From an uncultured virus (IMG/VR IMGVR_UViG_3300032177_000007) (taxonomy: Duplodnaviria > Heunggongvirae > Uroviricota > Caudoviricetes): 64,000 bases of DNA. Location: IMG/VR virus record IMGVR_UViG_3300032177_000007. One strand, 5' to 3'. Made by a program: the position numbers and the translations under genes. The notes below the pieces were generated by a model, which made no database searches, was not told where the DNA came from, and saw only the letters and a program-made list of their open reading frames with translations. Positions 45,800-59,400 of this stretch are shown here, piece after piece; the stretch's first letter is position 1, and every line of letters begins with the position of its first letter.

Positions 45800-47406
45800 G
45801 TCCGTTCATACATTTCTAAAGAGTAGCAAATTAATGTGTCATATCCACTCTTACTATGTATTCGATACTGTGTATAACTCTTGTTGTTTTCGAATTCATA
45901 TTCACCCCACCCATTAAACTCAGGAATTCTCATAACTAGTAATTCCCACAACCCACTTTCACTATCATAAGCTCTTATCTCAAACCCTGAACCTGGTCTC
46001 TTCACATGATTTAATTTGTATGCTTTGACTTTCTGAATCTGCTTTGCTACACTAAAAGTAAACTGAATCCAGCCATACTGTTCAGCACCATCGACATTTG
46101 TTCGCCCATAAGTTGTACCATTCTCATCTATGATGTTAGCTGTGTTTGAGCATTCACCTGAACCTGAGATCGCACCATTTGCACTGATACAAATATTTGA
46201 ACCATAAGTGTAACCAGGAGTTGCTCTGTAGAATTCTGCTTCATATAAACTAGCCGTTTGATTTTTGGTGGCAATATACCCTTGAGATCGAACTCGGCAG
46301 GCCAATCCATAAATGGGGCAAATAAATGGGCTATCATCAACAAATACACTCTCTTCCCAATCTACACTTGATGGGATATCTCTAACTAACACTGCAGAAG
46401 ATATGCCATAAATAGTGTCTTTGTCTTTCATTATTTCCATGTAACACGTATCAGGAGCATAGTCAACATGAAATTTGTAAACTCGTATCTTATCAACTCG
46501 TATAGGTGTAGCAAACTGCGCAGTCCACCAAGGAGCATCACCATATGTATTTACTGTCAATTTAAACTGTGTCGCGGTAACTGTGTTAGCATCATACGCA
46601 TTACCACAAGCACTTCCAGGAAGCAAATGAGCAATAGGTTGGCAATCAGTCTCACTTTTCTCAGATGTAAAATTCTCATATGACCAAGTTACGCCTGTTA
46701 CAGCACCTTTATACATTTCCCATTCAGTACAACCAAACTGTCGTTCATCACTCTCACATAGTAAACGATACTCTCTATAACTTTTAGCAGTCGCAAAAGT
46801 AACTTCCTGCCATCCTAGTTGACACGGAATAGCAGTTACAAGATCTTCCCAACTTACATCGTATCCTTGTAACTTAAACGTTTCGGTAGTAAGATCATCA
46901 TATAAATCGTAAAAACGAGCCTTTTGAATATGTTGAGCCTCTTTGAAATAAAAGATAAACCCGTCTCCAGGATCAGTAATAAGAACGAGCTCTGAAATTT
47001 CTCCATCATTAAGATGTAAAAAATCCCATTTATTGGGCGGGGAGTCACCATCATATACAGTTGTTCCATATCTTTCATTGGGATACATCAAATTACTACT
47101 CCATTCAGTGGGGATTTCACCTCCGCCGCCAGATGAGTAGTAATAAGGTTCTCCTGTCACAACGTCTTTCGGTCCTGATTTCAGAAAGTAAACATTACCT
47201 GAAGGTGAGCGAACCTTGATACGTTTCTCAGTTCGGTTGAACCACATATTAGGTGCAACTATTTCTTTGTATCCTATAGGGATTTCAGGATCAGTATCAA
47301 ATTCGGGAATTCGTTGTATTTCAATAACAATAGGAGTTTGAGGAATCAAAGCAGACGTTCTTTCCCCTGATGTAACCGATTCTCTATCGTCGTAGTATCT
47401 TTTCAT
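45796..47406 (-). CDS. Virion appendage protein with discoidin/F5-8-like beta-sandwich domains
   Basis: Three jelly-roll-like units (F.LQG....W..L; Y..YRL; E.EMY); start MKRYY coupled by ATGA. Confidence 0.65.
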   Translation of the reverse strand: MKRYYDDRESVTSGERTSALIPQTPIVIEIQRIPEFDTDPEIPIGYKEIVAPNMWFNRTEKRIKVRSPSGNVYFLKSGPKDVVTGEPYYYSSGGGGEIPTEWSSNLMYPNERYGTTVYDGDSPPNKWDFLHLNDGEISELVLITDPGDGFIFYFKEAQHIQKARFYDLYDDLTTETFKLQGYDVSWEDLVTAIPCQLGWQEVTFATAKSYREYRLLCESDERQFGCTEWEMYKGAVTGVTWSYENFTSEKSETDCQPIAHLLPGSACGNAYDANTVTATQFKLTVNTYGDAPWWTAQFATPIRVDKIRVYKFHVDYAPDTCYMEIMKDKDTIYGISSAVLVRDIPSSVDWEESVFVDDSPFICPIYGLACRVRSQGYIATKNQTASLYEAEFYRATPGYTYGSNICISANGAISGSGECSNTANIIDENGTTYGRTNVDGAEQYGWIQFTFSVAKQIQKVKAYKLNHVKRPGSGFEIRAYDSESGLWELLVMRIPEFNGWGEYEFENNKSYTQYRIHSKSGYDTLICYSLEMYERT

Positions 47407-50400
47407 TCTGGTTGAATTTCTATATCCAGGTTGAGTTCTGCACTTTGAGTCCAATCATCTGGGTCAACTTCGAGGCTATACTTTATTTGCAGTAAAGAAT
47501 CATACACTTCCAATCCTACCCAAAGGATTAATTCCAATCCATATCCATTAACCCAATCACTCCATGTTTGTCCTCTATCATGTGAAATTCTGTAATATTT
47601 GTTTGTGATAGACCCACCAAGATTGAAAGATCCAATCTTACCCACCTTTGATAAGTCTAATGTAAAGACCCATTCTCCCTTCTCACCATAATACAAGTAA
47701 TCACAATACTTAACTAACTCAGTAAAAGCAGGAGTTGTTTCTGAATAAGGAAATTGTAATGAGTTCTGTAAGTGATATAGTTTGCCCTTTTGATCAACGA
47801 ATGCCCAATATCTGTCAGATACATATTGAATACTTTCAATGTTAGCAGATCCAAATACACTTCGAATTGTATCGTATAATCGTTCAGTGATTTCAACAGG
47901 GAAGAATCTTTTCCAATACACATCCCACTGATCTGCAAGAGTGTCGCCCAACCACTCTGTAAAGCGATAAACCTTATTATCATAATCGATAGCTATGCCT
48001 TGTCGATAATATCCCTGCACAGGATCACTAACACCGCCACAAGAAACAGTTTTAATTTGCCCCAAGCGAGGGATTAGTATAACATATTCACCAATGCTAT
48101 CAGACCCTCTGAAATAATATGCTCTTCTATCTGTGTTGATTGCAACATTAGGTGGGCCTATATGAATCTCTTCTATGTTAATCAATTTTGGAATTTGATG
48201 GAGAGATTCTATAACTTCAAGAGTTTCGCGATCCATTGTCCAAGACCAAACAGTTCCATCAGATTTGAGAGCATAATATCTATCTCTAAACCAGTATTGT
48301 GTGATACTTGAAATGGTCCCTGAATACGTTTTGTAAATGTATCCTCTCAATGGTTCTTGGGGATCATATGAAGATCTGTAAACTATGTTCAGGATTTCAC
48401 TATTCTGAAATCCTGGAGGTGTAGAAGAATAATACCAGGGATTGAACGGGTCATCATAACTCGTTTTCGCCTTTACATTATTAAGTTGAATTCTTGCGGT
48501 ATGCTTTGTTAACTCTGTTACAGAAGTAATGGTTCCTGTACTTCCTGAAGATCTTCCTTCAATATTACCACCAACTGCAAGGATACTAAAATCAGCCCCC
48601 TCAACATTTGCAGTGTATTGCCCACCAACCATTAAGCGTTCGCCATCTATGAAATTACCTGTCATACTTGAAATTAGCAAATATCCACTAGCTGCTCCTA
48701 AGACTGTACTCAGAAAAGAAGTTATAATGGCACCAGAGGTTTCTCCTGTGATCGGGCTGTAAAATGATCTACCTACTTGCTTTGTTTTATAATATACTAT
48801 TCTTTTTGCAGTGACTACAACTTCTGCTAATACATCTGCAGATCCTTCGTCATCAACTCCAATTTGAGAAATATTAGTCAATCCTGTTAACTGTCTAGGC
48901 TGAAGTTCGATAGGAGACCAAATCCATACAGTTCCATCATTCTTGATAACCATTGGAAACATTCCGGAAACTGGGAAACCATAATACTTTTCATTATGTA
49001 CATTGTAAGCAGCATACAGAAAACTGATTTGAGTGATACCAGTTAGCCCTTCTAATTGTACAGGCGTTTTTGTATGATTACGTAAAATTGAGGGCAAGCC
49101 CAAAGGAGTAAACCGAGAAGCACCTACATAACTATAAGATGAAGCGCCAGCAGGTAAACTAAATTCTACCCAAGAACTTTCAACTGGAAGATTTCCACTC
49201 CACGCATTCTCAGATACATATGCTTTGTTGTCTGCAATACTAACAATGATGAACTTCTTATCAGTCCACCCTAAAACAACATTCCAAGAGGTAGCATTAT
49301 GAGGTAAAGTACATTCACTCCAAGTAGTGGGTGAACTAACATAATTGCAAACTGCTGCTTTATTACCTTTTGAAGGAAGAGCTGCAAGTTGTGCAGAATA
49401 TGTTCTAGCCAAACTTTTCCATGTTGAACCTGTGGGCCTTGTAGGTAAATTAATAGTAGTACATGTACCAGTATTCCAATCATAATAAATTATCTTGTTC
49501 TGGTCAGAAGCAAGAAATGCTGTAACATTTTCAGTGGCATTGTTGATCTTGATATGAATTAAATCAATCCATGTCGCAGTAATAGGCAGTGTTTTCTTAA
49601 CCCACTTCTTAATATTTGTTGACATATAGAAATAATTTACGCTACCATCAACAATCGCAAAATATGTACAAGAGTGTGCTTCAGTTGCATATTCTGATTC
49701 AAGAAATTCTTTTGCAGCAATTACTTTCTTCCACTGCTCAATTATAGGAGTAATGAAGTATCCATTCCATCGAACACCATCTTCAGAATGAAGAACTGTT
49801 CCTTGACCTCTTGCCAATATAACAAGAGGGATACCCCACTTCATATCAGAATAGCTATCGTATTCAGTACCACCAAAGATACCACTGATATAATGATCAA
49901 TCCGATCATAATGAGCAATGATCCAATCACCTGTGAATGGTAATATTACTTCATCCCAACTAAAGCCATCTCGAGATACGTATCCTCTATTAGTAAAACC
50001 TGATTTGATTCCGAAAAACACTTCGCTGGTAAATCCTACATCTTCGATGCCGGTAGGAATATTTGCAAGCATGAATTGGCCATGGGGTTTATCTAAATTA
50101 TACTCCCAATCTAAACAAGTATTAAAGTGAAGCATTTTTCCATTGGTACTGATGAGACTGAATGCGATATCAGTAGTTCCCAAGTAAGCCTTATTATATG
50201 ACTCAGTTATTTCTTCACTGTCATACAACAATAATGTCTTTGCCCATACAGTCCCATCCTCTTTAAGGAAGAAACAATACTGAGAAAATGCACTATTAAA
50301 TCGTGCTTCCTGACCAGGCGGTTGACTAGAAAAGTACTGAAGATTCATATGGCGCCCAATGAGAGCTTTTATAATGTTATCTCCCCGCCATATAAACTCA

Positions 50401-53400
50401 GAGACTTCGCCCGATCCAGTTAAGATACATCTTCTACCCCAAATAGTATTGTTATCAAACACAAGAGCTTGATAATCAGATGGAGCCTTACTCATATCAA
50501 TGACACTAGTACGCTCTCCAAACTTCTGTAAAGGTATTCCAGATTCACTTAAAGTCCAGAGCATTCGATCAGAACCTACAAAGTTTACTTCATCGTCCTT
50601 TTGTGAGAGATCACTACAGCTACCAATGAAAGCCCACAATTGTTTACGATCTTCAAGAGACCAAATAGTTCCATCAGATTTGAGAGCATAACTTTCGGTG
50701 ATTATTATTGAGTCTTGTAAAAATGTAGAAATCAGAGGGCCTCTTACTGGCCACAGACTAGGATTCAATCCAAGCTCTCCATACTGATTTTCTCCCCAAG
50801 CGTAAACATTCCCACTATCATTAATTCCCCAACATTTATTTCCTTCACTGAAGATTTTTTCAATGAGCATAGAAGCCAATTGAGTAATCTGTGTTGGGTA
50901 TAATGAATCGACAGTTGAGTTGTTACCTAATTGACCATATTGATTATCCCCCATTGCGTAAACAGCACCATCAGAATCAAGGAACAAGAAATGTTTATTT
51001 CCAGCTGCAATATCAACAATATTGTCTAATTCAGTTATCTGTAACCATTCACCAGCCTCAGTTGTATAATCATCGAGATCATCATTATTTATAGTTACTG
51101 TGACAGTGTCGCAGTGAATATATTCGTAAAGTGAAGACGCTTTGACTACACCATCGTTACAAATGAATACCAAAGAATTTTTCTTGTGATCGCTAAGATC
51201 GGCTTGTCTATAAATAGTACCTATTAAGGTGTCACCTATAGGTAAGCTATCCCATGAAGATTCTAAAACATTAGTCCAAGTAATTCCATTGTCTATAGAT
51301 TTCCAGTACTCAACATACAAGGTGCTTCCAACTGCAATGATACTATTAGCACCATTAATATCATGAAATGTGCCTACATGAGTCCAAGTGTTTCCATCAG
51401 ACGAGGTTACTACAAATGGGCTGTTCCGTGCAACTACACAGAAAACTGAACCATTCCAAACAACTGAAGACCAGTATAATCCTCCGTAAGGTAGACCGTT
51501 ACTAGTCCAACTTACCAAGTTAGTTGTAACCACAACCAGGTTACTGTTCTCAGAAAAGACTACTAATTTTGAACCACTCGAAGCACCTGCTGACCAATTA
51601 CCTACAGCAGGTAATGTAGAATAGGTACCCCAAGAAACTCCATTGTCTGAAGATACAGCATAAGTTTTACTTTGATATATAAAAGCAATTAATGTCGAAC
51701 CATGAGCAACAATTAAATTCCAATCAGCAATAACGGGAAGAGTTCTGGCTAACCAGGTAATTCCATCAGACGAAGTTGCTGCTGAATCACTATTCCGTGC
51801 TACTGCACAAAATACGGAACCATTCCAAACAACTGAACTCCATGCTTTCGAACTTGGTAGATTGTAGTAAGTTACACTAGAGCGTAATTTAGATTTATCA
51901 ATTGTTTTTAACCAATGCTCAACACGAGCAATTTGCTTCCCATTTTTGTAGAGTAGTTCACTCTCAAGAAAATCACCTGAAACTGTTCCGGGTTGAAACT
52001 CAATATATGCAGCTTTAAGACTTCGTGGATCAGGAAATGGTTCTGTGGTAGGATATGTGCCTACTGATACAATACCCGAAACACCAGATGTGTGACCAAC
52101 AACGGTATCTCCCACATCAAAGTTTTGTGCACTGACACGCTCATAGAACTTTAATTTGAGTTCGTCTTCAAGAACATCTTCAAAGTACCCTCTCGCAACT
52201 TTGTCGCTGTTTAACCCGAAAGCTACAAAAATAGTACTATTGTAAGCCACTGCAGACCATTTAAAGAGTTCAGCCCCTCTAGTCCAAACGTCACCGTTAT
52301 TCATCAGACACAAATCACCTAGATAAGGTGAATTTACTAACTTCTTCATTCCCTCATAATTAGGCCACCCTTGATCGAGCAGCGTTTCATCTGGATCTAA
52401 ACCAGGCATCAAATCGAAAGGATGAACGACTTCTGCAGGATAATTACTTAGATGTGATGTGACTTGTGCGACTGTCAATCCTATAGGAGCATCAGGAGAA
52501 ACAGTTGATATTCCAGTCCATAAAAAATCTTTGACATCATTATCAGGAGTCCATGATGTACCTTGAACATTAATTCCTAACTGCTTTAGCATTAATCCCT
52601 GAATAGAGGAAGTAGTAACCATAAAGTCACTGCTATCTCCATCAAAGACATCTGCAATATAGTAATCCCCTACAAATAAACGTTCCTTTGACTGAAAGTC
52701 AATATCGTTCAACTTATAGATTACTATATAATCAAGCCCTACTTCATAACCTACAACTTCCGCTTGCGCGCCTGACGTTTCACCTTCAATAATATCCCCT
52801 TGAAAGCATCTTCGGTGAATCTGCAAGTTATAGATGAATAAAGATCCATAATTCTCCATTGTCTCTTCAGATAATAGGAACAATCCTTTCTGACGGGACC
52901 ATGTTGCATTTTTCCAATTCCGTCTTTCATAATCATCTTCGAATTGTACGACCTGACCTGATGGAGTAAAGCATATCTGACGCCCGAAACGTTTTGCACT
53001 AGCAATGTATACTCCATCGACCTCTAACCACTCTCCATCTTCGAAAATACCTTCAATGTTATTGATATTTAGATAGGCTCCTTTATTCATTTCGGTGGCG
53101 CTGGTAATGACTGCAAACTGTACACCATTAATATACAAGTAAGCCGGAGGCTCTGAAGGCATCCAGTATGGAGGATCCTCTTCACTGAAAAATTGTAAGA
53201 GAGGGGTTGTATCCCATCCATGGAGTGTACCTGAAAGGTAAATGAAAGCGCCTCGTGCTCCTGCATTAACTATAGCTACATTATGATAATCAACGAGTGA
53301 TGCAACATCACCTACATATGACCCTTCGATATGGATTTCCTCATCAATTTCAAACTCGCCATGAATATCACCGAGATACAAAGATCCGCTTTTGTTAGCT

Positions 53401-56400
53401 TCATCAACACTATAATCAACGAGTGTAGCAAAAGCTAACGAGTCAATACCTCGAACAATTCCATCGATCTTGAAATTTGCACCAGACTGTAAATTATCAA
53501 AAGTGATAATCCCTTTATCTAAACTTAATGTCTCACCATCATGGAAAAATCCTTTAGTATCATCTAAAATAAGTCTCCCAAAATGATACTGAGGCTTATA
53601 TAAAACTCGGGCTTTCTTTACATCATCTATATAGACTGCTTCGCCATGCTTGAAGTTCTGACTGAAGAACTGATTAGATTCAATAGCACATGCACGATCA
53701 TCATCTGACATCAACCACTCGTTAGGTTCGAGTGTATGATACTTTTTTGCCTCAGAAAGCAAGACTCGCCCGTAAGGAGTTTCTTTTGTCACTAACCCTC
53801 TTGTCTTAGCAACTACATAACCATCGACCGTCAAGAACTCACCATTCTGAAAAGTATCTGTAATATTTCTTAACAGAAGTAACCCATCACGAGGATGTGT
53901 AACAGCAACGCTCAATACACTCAAATTCGCAACTTGGCCTACACCTTGAACTTCATACAAAGGTCCAGACATGCCTCCAGAACAAGTTGCGAGAGTGTAT
54001 GATGTACCCCAATGATCAGGAGACGCAGATGTTAATAATTCATACAGACCAAACTTTGCATAGTTGTTATCACGATCTCTATATGTTCCTGAATAACTAA
54101 CACTAGTCATACAGGAAAGCTCAAGGATCCGAGTCCAGCATTGAGGATCTATTTCTTTTACTAAAGCTGTCGCACCCGAATCAACTCCAATGATAGTTTT
54201 ATTTACATCAAGATCACCAATGATACTGAAAGTATTACAGGTTGCAATGATGACGTTATTAACTTTGAGATTCTCATTTTTAATGTAAATACCTGTATAG
54301 TTTGATACAACAAGAGTTCCTGTTCCACCACCATGATCTTCAACATATTCTACTATCGATGTTTGATGAGAAGTTGCACCAGAAACAATATCACTGATAT
54401 GAAAGACTTGACCAGGTTGTAAACTCTTGTAGTTGAGTTTGTTAACATAATCAACAATTAATGTATCCCATAAGGTACCATCTGCATTTGCGACGTGTTC
54501 ATCATCCACAAGTAATTTTTCATTGTCTTGAAAAGTTCCCTCTACATCGATAAGGCGTAACTTCAAACTACTTTCATCAACATATAAAATAATGGCTTCA
54601 GCGTTAGAGGTAAAACCTCTAATGAGAGTGCCTACATTGAAAACCTTTCCGGCAAGTTTTTGATAATTCTTGAAGGATAAAAATTGCGCCCGTATAGAAT
54701 CAGACACAGTGACTATCCCGCCTGAATATTCACCTTTTAAGGCCTCTCCATCAATACTCTCATTTAATAGACGACAATTAAATCCTCTCCCCAAGGAAAC
54801 GTTACCTACAAGCAGGCCTCCAGAATCATTATTGATAGGCGCTCCATTAACAATAGCAATATATCCGTGACTTGTATTGAGATGCTCATCATTTACAAAA
54901 GTACCAGAAGCGTTTTTGATATATAGTGATCCATAACCATAAGTAGTTGAAATTATACCATCAGTGTCAGCCAAATATAAATCGTTTCCTACATGAAGGT
55001 GTTCATTATTCTGGAAAACTCCATCAATAGAAACTAACCACAACACACCTACGAGGCCAGTCCTTTCTACCTTTTGAATGAGAGCCTTTGCAGATGATGT
55101 ATTACCTATGACATGTTCACCAGGATAAAACTCTCTAACACCTTGATAATTATCAAAAGAAAGAGCATTAACTGTTTGGTGCCCAATTACAGCCTGAACA
55201 GTACCTGTTACAGCAGTACTCATTCCAGTAACATGATCATCAACATAAAAGCCTTTGTCAGGTTGAAGGTTATCATAATCCAATGTGACATAACTAAACT
55301 TATTTAATACTTTGCCTGAAGCACCTGAATATCTACATTCTACCTGATCACCAATATCAAAGCTTGCTCCACCTTCCAAGTCAAAGAAGTGCAAATCACC
55401 AACTTCAGGTTCATGTTCAAGAACAGTTCCTCGAGCACCTGACTCTTCTCCAACAACATCGAATCCAACATCAAAGTCTTCACCAGCAATCAGATTCTTA
55501 TAAGGCACTTCTACAACAGGGCCTAGTAATTCACCCTGCTGTTCAAGAATGAAATATCCACGATTTTCTTTAAAGTGATCTACAAACTGGCCTACAGGAA
55601 GTACAGGATCTTCAGTACCATATTTATCTACGACTTCAATTCCGTCACCTTCTTGGAAACCGTATTGAATACTTCCATTAACGTTCGCAATGTAAATACC
55701 ATCAACATACAGATGTTCATCATCAAGGAACTCAAGATTTTCCCAAAGTACCCCATTAACATCTGCAATATATATTCCGTTTACCTGTAAGTGTTCATCA
55801 TTTTGGAATGTACCCCATATACTAGACAAACCAATAGAATCTGAAAAGATATGAGTAACAATAGCTCGTGCTTCTGAAGTTGCTCCTACAATCACATCAC
55901 CTACTAGAAAATATTTTCCAGACTGCAGATGATCATAAAACAATTGAGTTCTAGCGAAATCACTCAAGAATAAGACGTGCACATTTCCAGAATCGAAAAC
56001 GTAAGAAACCTCAGCACGTGCCTTCGAACTGTTCCCTAGAACCCAATCATTTACATGGAAGCTTCTCCCAGTCTGAATATTATCAAAATTAATTCTACCA
56101 ATCTCAGCAAGTTCATGATAGAATTGCCATCCTTCTCGCAAAGCTACATAATCACTAATATCAGTAATTACTGCACGTGTACCTGAAGACACCCCAGTAA
56201 TTATATCTGCGACTTCAAACTCTTTACCTTTTTTATTCTTGTATTTAACCAAACCGTAAACAGGATCCATGATTTCAGACGCACTAGGATATTTTGACTG
56301 CATCTGAGGACCGAGTTGACATACTGCACCTGTGATAACGTCCTCAACTATAACGGTTCCTGAAAGAGCGCCACTTACTTGATCAACATATAGGCAAGCT

Positions 56401-59400
56401 TCAATATCCAAAGCTCGAAAGGTTCCTGGGGAAACTTCAGCTGCAGGCGAACTTATTTCTGATGTAAGAATTCGTGCAGTTTCTGTGTTGCCAGTAATAA
56501 TATCATATCTACGGAAAGGATTAACAACTTGAGGACTCCACTGTTCACAATCACAAACATGCTCATTTACCTCTTGAAAGTTTTTTCTATAAAAAGTGAA
56601 GTCAGGAGCCCACTCATTTGTAAGAAAGATTGTTTCTAATTCGTCCCAATCAACACAATCGAAGTTGGCGAAATGATTTACCCTTCCCCGAAGCGGTTCA
56701 TTTTCAATCATACCATTAATTTCTGTAATTGAGGCTTCATCACCAAACAGATAACCACATTTCTCAAACCCGGTGCGAGGATCCTCAAAGACCGCAGTTA
56801 CCGTAAACGTTTTACCTGACGTATTCCCAATAACTATGAAACCAATGAAGAAATTTCTGAGCGGCTGCAGATTATCATAATGCAAACATCCCTTTACACG
56901 CTTTATATTTCCACTTCCGTCTGTTCCATAAATGTCTAGTTTGTCAATCTTTTGATAAAAGAGTTTTCCAAAGACACCTTGCGTAACCTGATCAACATCC
57001 GCAAAGTACGTCTTCCATTCATCAATAACAAGTGGTTCACCTACAATGAAAGTACCTATTCTATCTGCTATGACTAAGCGACCTTCAGACCTATCACTAG
57101 CAACTCCTGTCGAAGTAGCAATTATTACTCCTGGAAGAGTATTTACTGATAACTCTTCTTCAACATCTTCCCAATCAAAATCACCTTCAATCTGAACTAG
57201 CTTGAGTACCCCAGTAGAACTTGATGTCTCATCACAATCAATAATATATCCTCGACTCCCTGTATCACGCCCAACAACCCAATCACCTCTAGAAAACCCT
57301 TTCTTGTATATTCCATTCGATTCAGCAATAGTTATACCGCCAACCAATAACTTTTCATTGTTTTCAAATAATCCACTAACACTTCCAATCGTTAAAATTC
57401 CTGACACACTCACTTCCGTAATGTACATATCCAGAACTGAAGCAGTCGCTCCTGAACTCTGACCTGTAATCGTATCGCTTGGAGAGAAAGACCTTCCCGA
57501 CTCGAGATGATCATATTTGAGAGTACCCTTCTCTAAAAGATCTTTGTAACCTAATGTCTTACTATAAAACGTTTCGATTTCTCTGACCGATGCCTTTGCA
57601 CCAGACCATTTACCTGTAATATGAAAATCTGAAGTCTGTGATAAAGATTGTCTACCATTCTTATAAGTCAAACGTTCACGTTTATCAATTCCAGAGAGTG
57701 TTACACTCTTCCCAGAAATATTTTCTATAAGAACATCGCCTGGAGACAATGCATTAACGAGAGCAGGAACACCATTCTTAAATGGAATACGCAATGCACG
57801 AGCACATTGATTCACATATAGAAAAGCTGTTATTCCTGTTATTGTTCCATCGGCATCAGCAACGTATAATTCTGAAGGGCCACTTAATAATTTTTCGTCA
57901 GCAACATACCTTTCACTCTTCTTCGAGTTATAAGATAACAATGTATCATAATCTAACTCAACAGTTAACTGTCCAGCATACCTATCAATTGAATCTTCTT
58001 TCTCGTAAGTCAGAGAAGCAGCAAAAAGTGTCGTTTCGCCCTTAACAGTTCCAGATTGCCAATCACGATACTGGAGAGTATCAAATCCTATTTCACCAGC
58101 AGTAGAGAAAACATAAACTTTCCAACTACTTCCATCCTGAGATCGCAAATACTCTCGAGATCCTTCTGCGAATACTAAAAAGTACAAACTATCTTGATTG
58201 ATCTGTCCAGGACACCAGCAAGCAATTGAGGACGCCCAATCTCGTTTGATTGGAACACTTACTCTCGAAAAGCTTTGGCCTTGATTAGTTGAGCGTACCG
58301 CAATACTACTATTTTTTGCGAGAGCAATAACTGTATGATACTTTCCAATAATTGTTTGCCAAGTTATTGGGCCCCCAACCCAGTCTTCTGAAATACCATT
58401 AGCATTGGCTACGTGTTCTCCAGAGATGTACAATTGTTCATCATCTTGAAAAGATCCGGAAACACTACCAAGTGAAAGTATTCCGGATTTAAACATTAAA
58501 GTGCCATCAACATCTGCGAGATAAATACTCTTTACTTCTAGGTGTTCATTATTTATGAAACTTCCGACAATCTTGTCTACAACTAATTTACCACTTGTAA
58601 CAATTAACTTACCATTAACCTTAGCAATAAAATCATTATCCACCAAAAGATGCTCATTATCCTGAAAAGATCCCAGAACAGTTTCTAAGGTGAGTTTTTT
58701 ATTAGGAGCATCTACCAAAGTAATTTTTCCTGTTGTACCACTAGTTCCACCATAGACGATATCATCAACATTAAATGATTTGCCATCTTGTAAAGTGTCG
58801 TAAGAAAGGATTCCTGTATAATAATTCTCAACAACACGAGCGTGTGCATTTGACAAAACACCTTTTACTACATCACCTTTATAGAAGATGGATATAGGTA
58901 AGGTCTCTAAGTCCGCCTTACAGAACTCGAATCCGTCGTCATTACGAATGAGAGGTTCAATATCTTGAAATGTTCCCGCGATATCAATTAATGTAAGCCA
59001 CCCAGTAGGCCCTAAAGGTTGAGATGAAGCAACCGCACCTACCGTACCTGACCATTTTCCTTTTACTGTATCACCTATTTTGAATGAACGAATAGCACTT
59101 GTAGTGCTATTTACATTTGCTACATATTCATTTGCCACCAATAAGATTTCATCATCCTCAAAGATTCCATGAATATCATCTACGTAAACTACTCCTATAG
59201 TCGCAGTAGCTCTAAAGGAATACTTGATAACTGCTGATGCGCCAGAAGTTTCTCCTACAAGGATCTGACCTGCATCAAACCCTTTATAAACATCACCTGT
59301 GACAGGCTGAGCATTATCATATTCCAATCTTGAATACAGCATATCTTTATAATACTGAACTGCTGCGACTGGAGCACCATCATAATTTAGTTCAGCTTGG

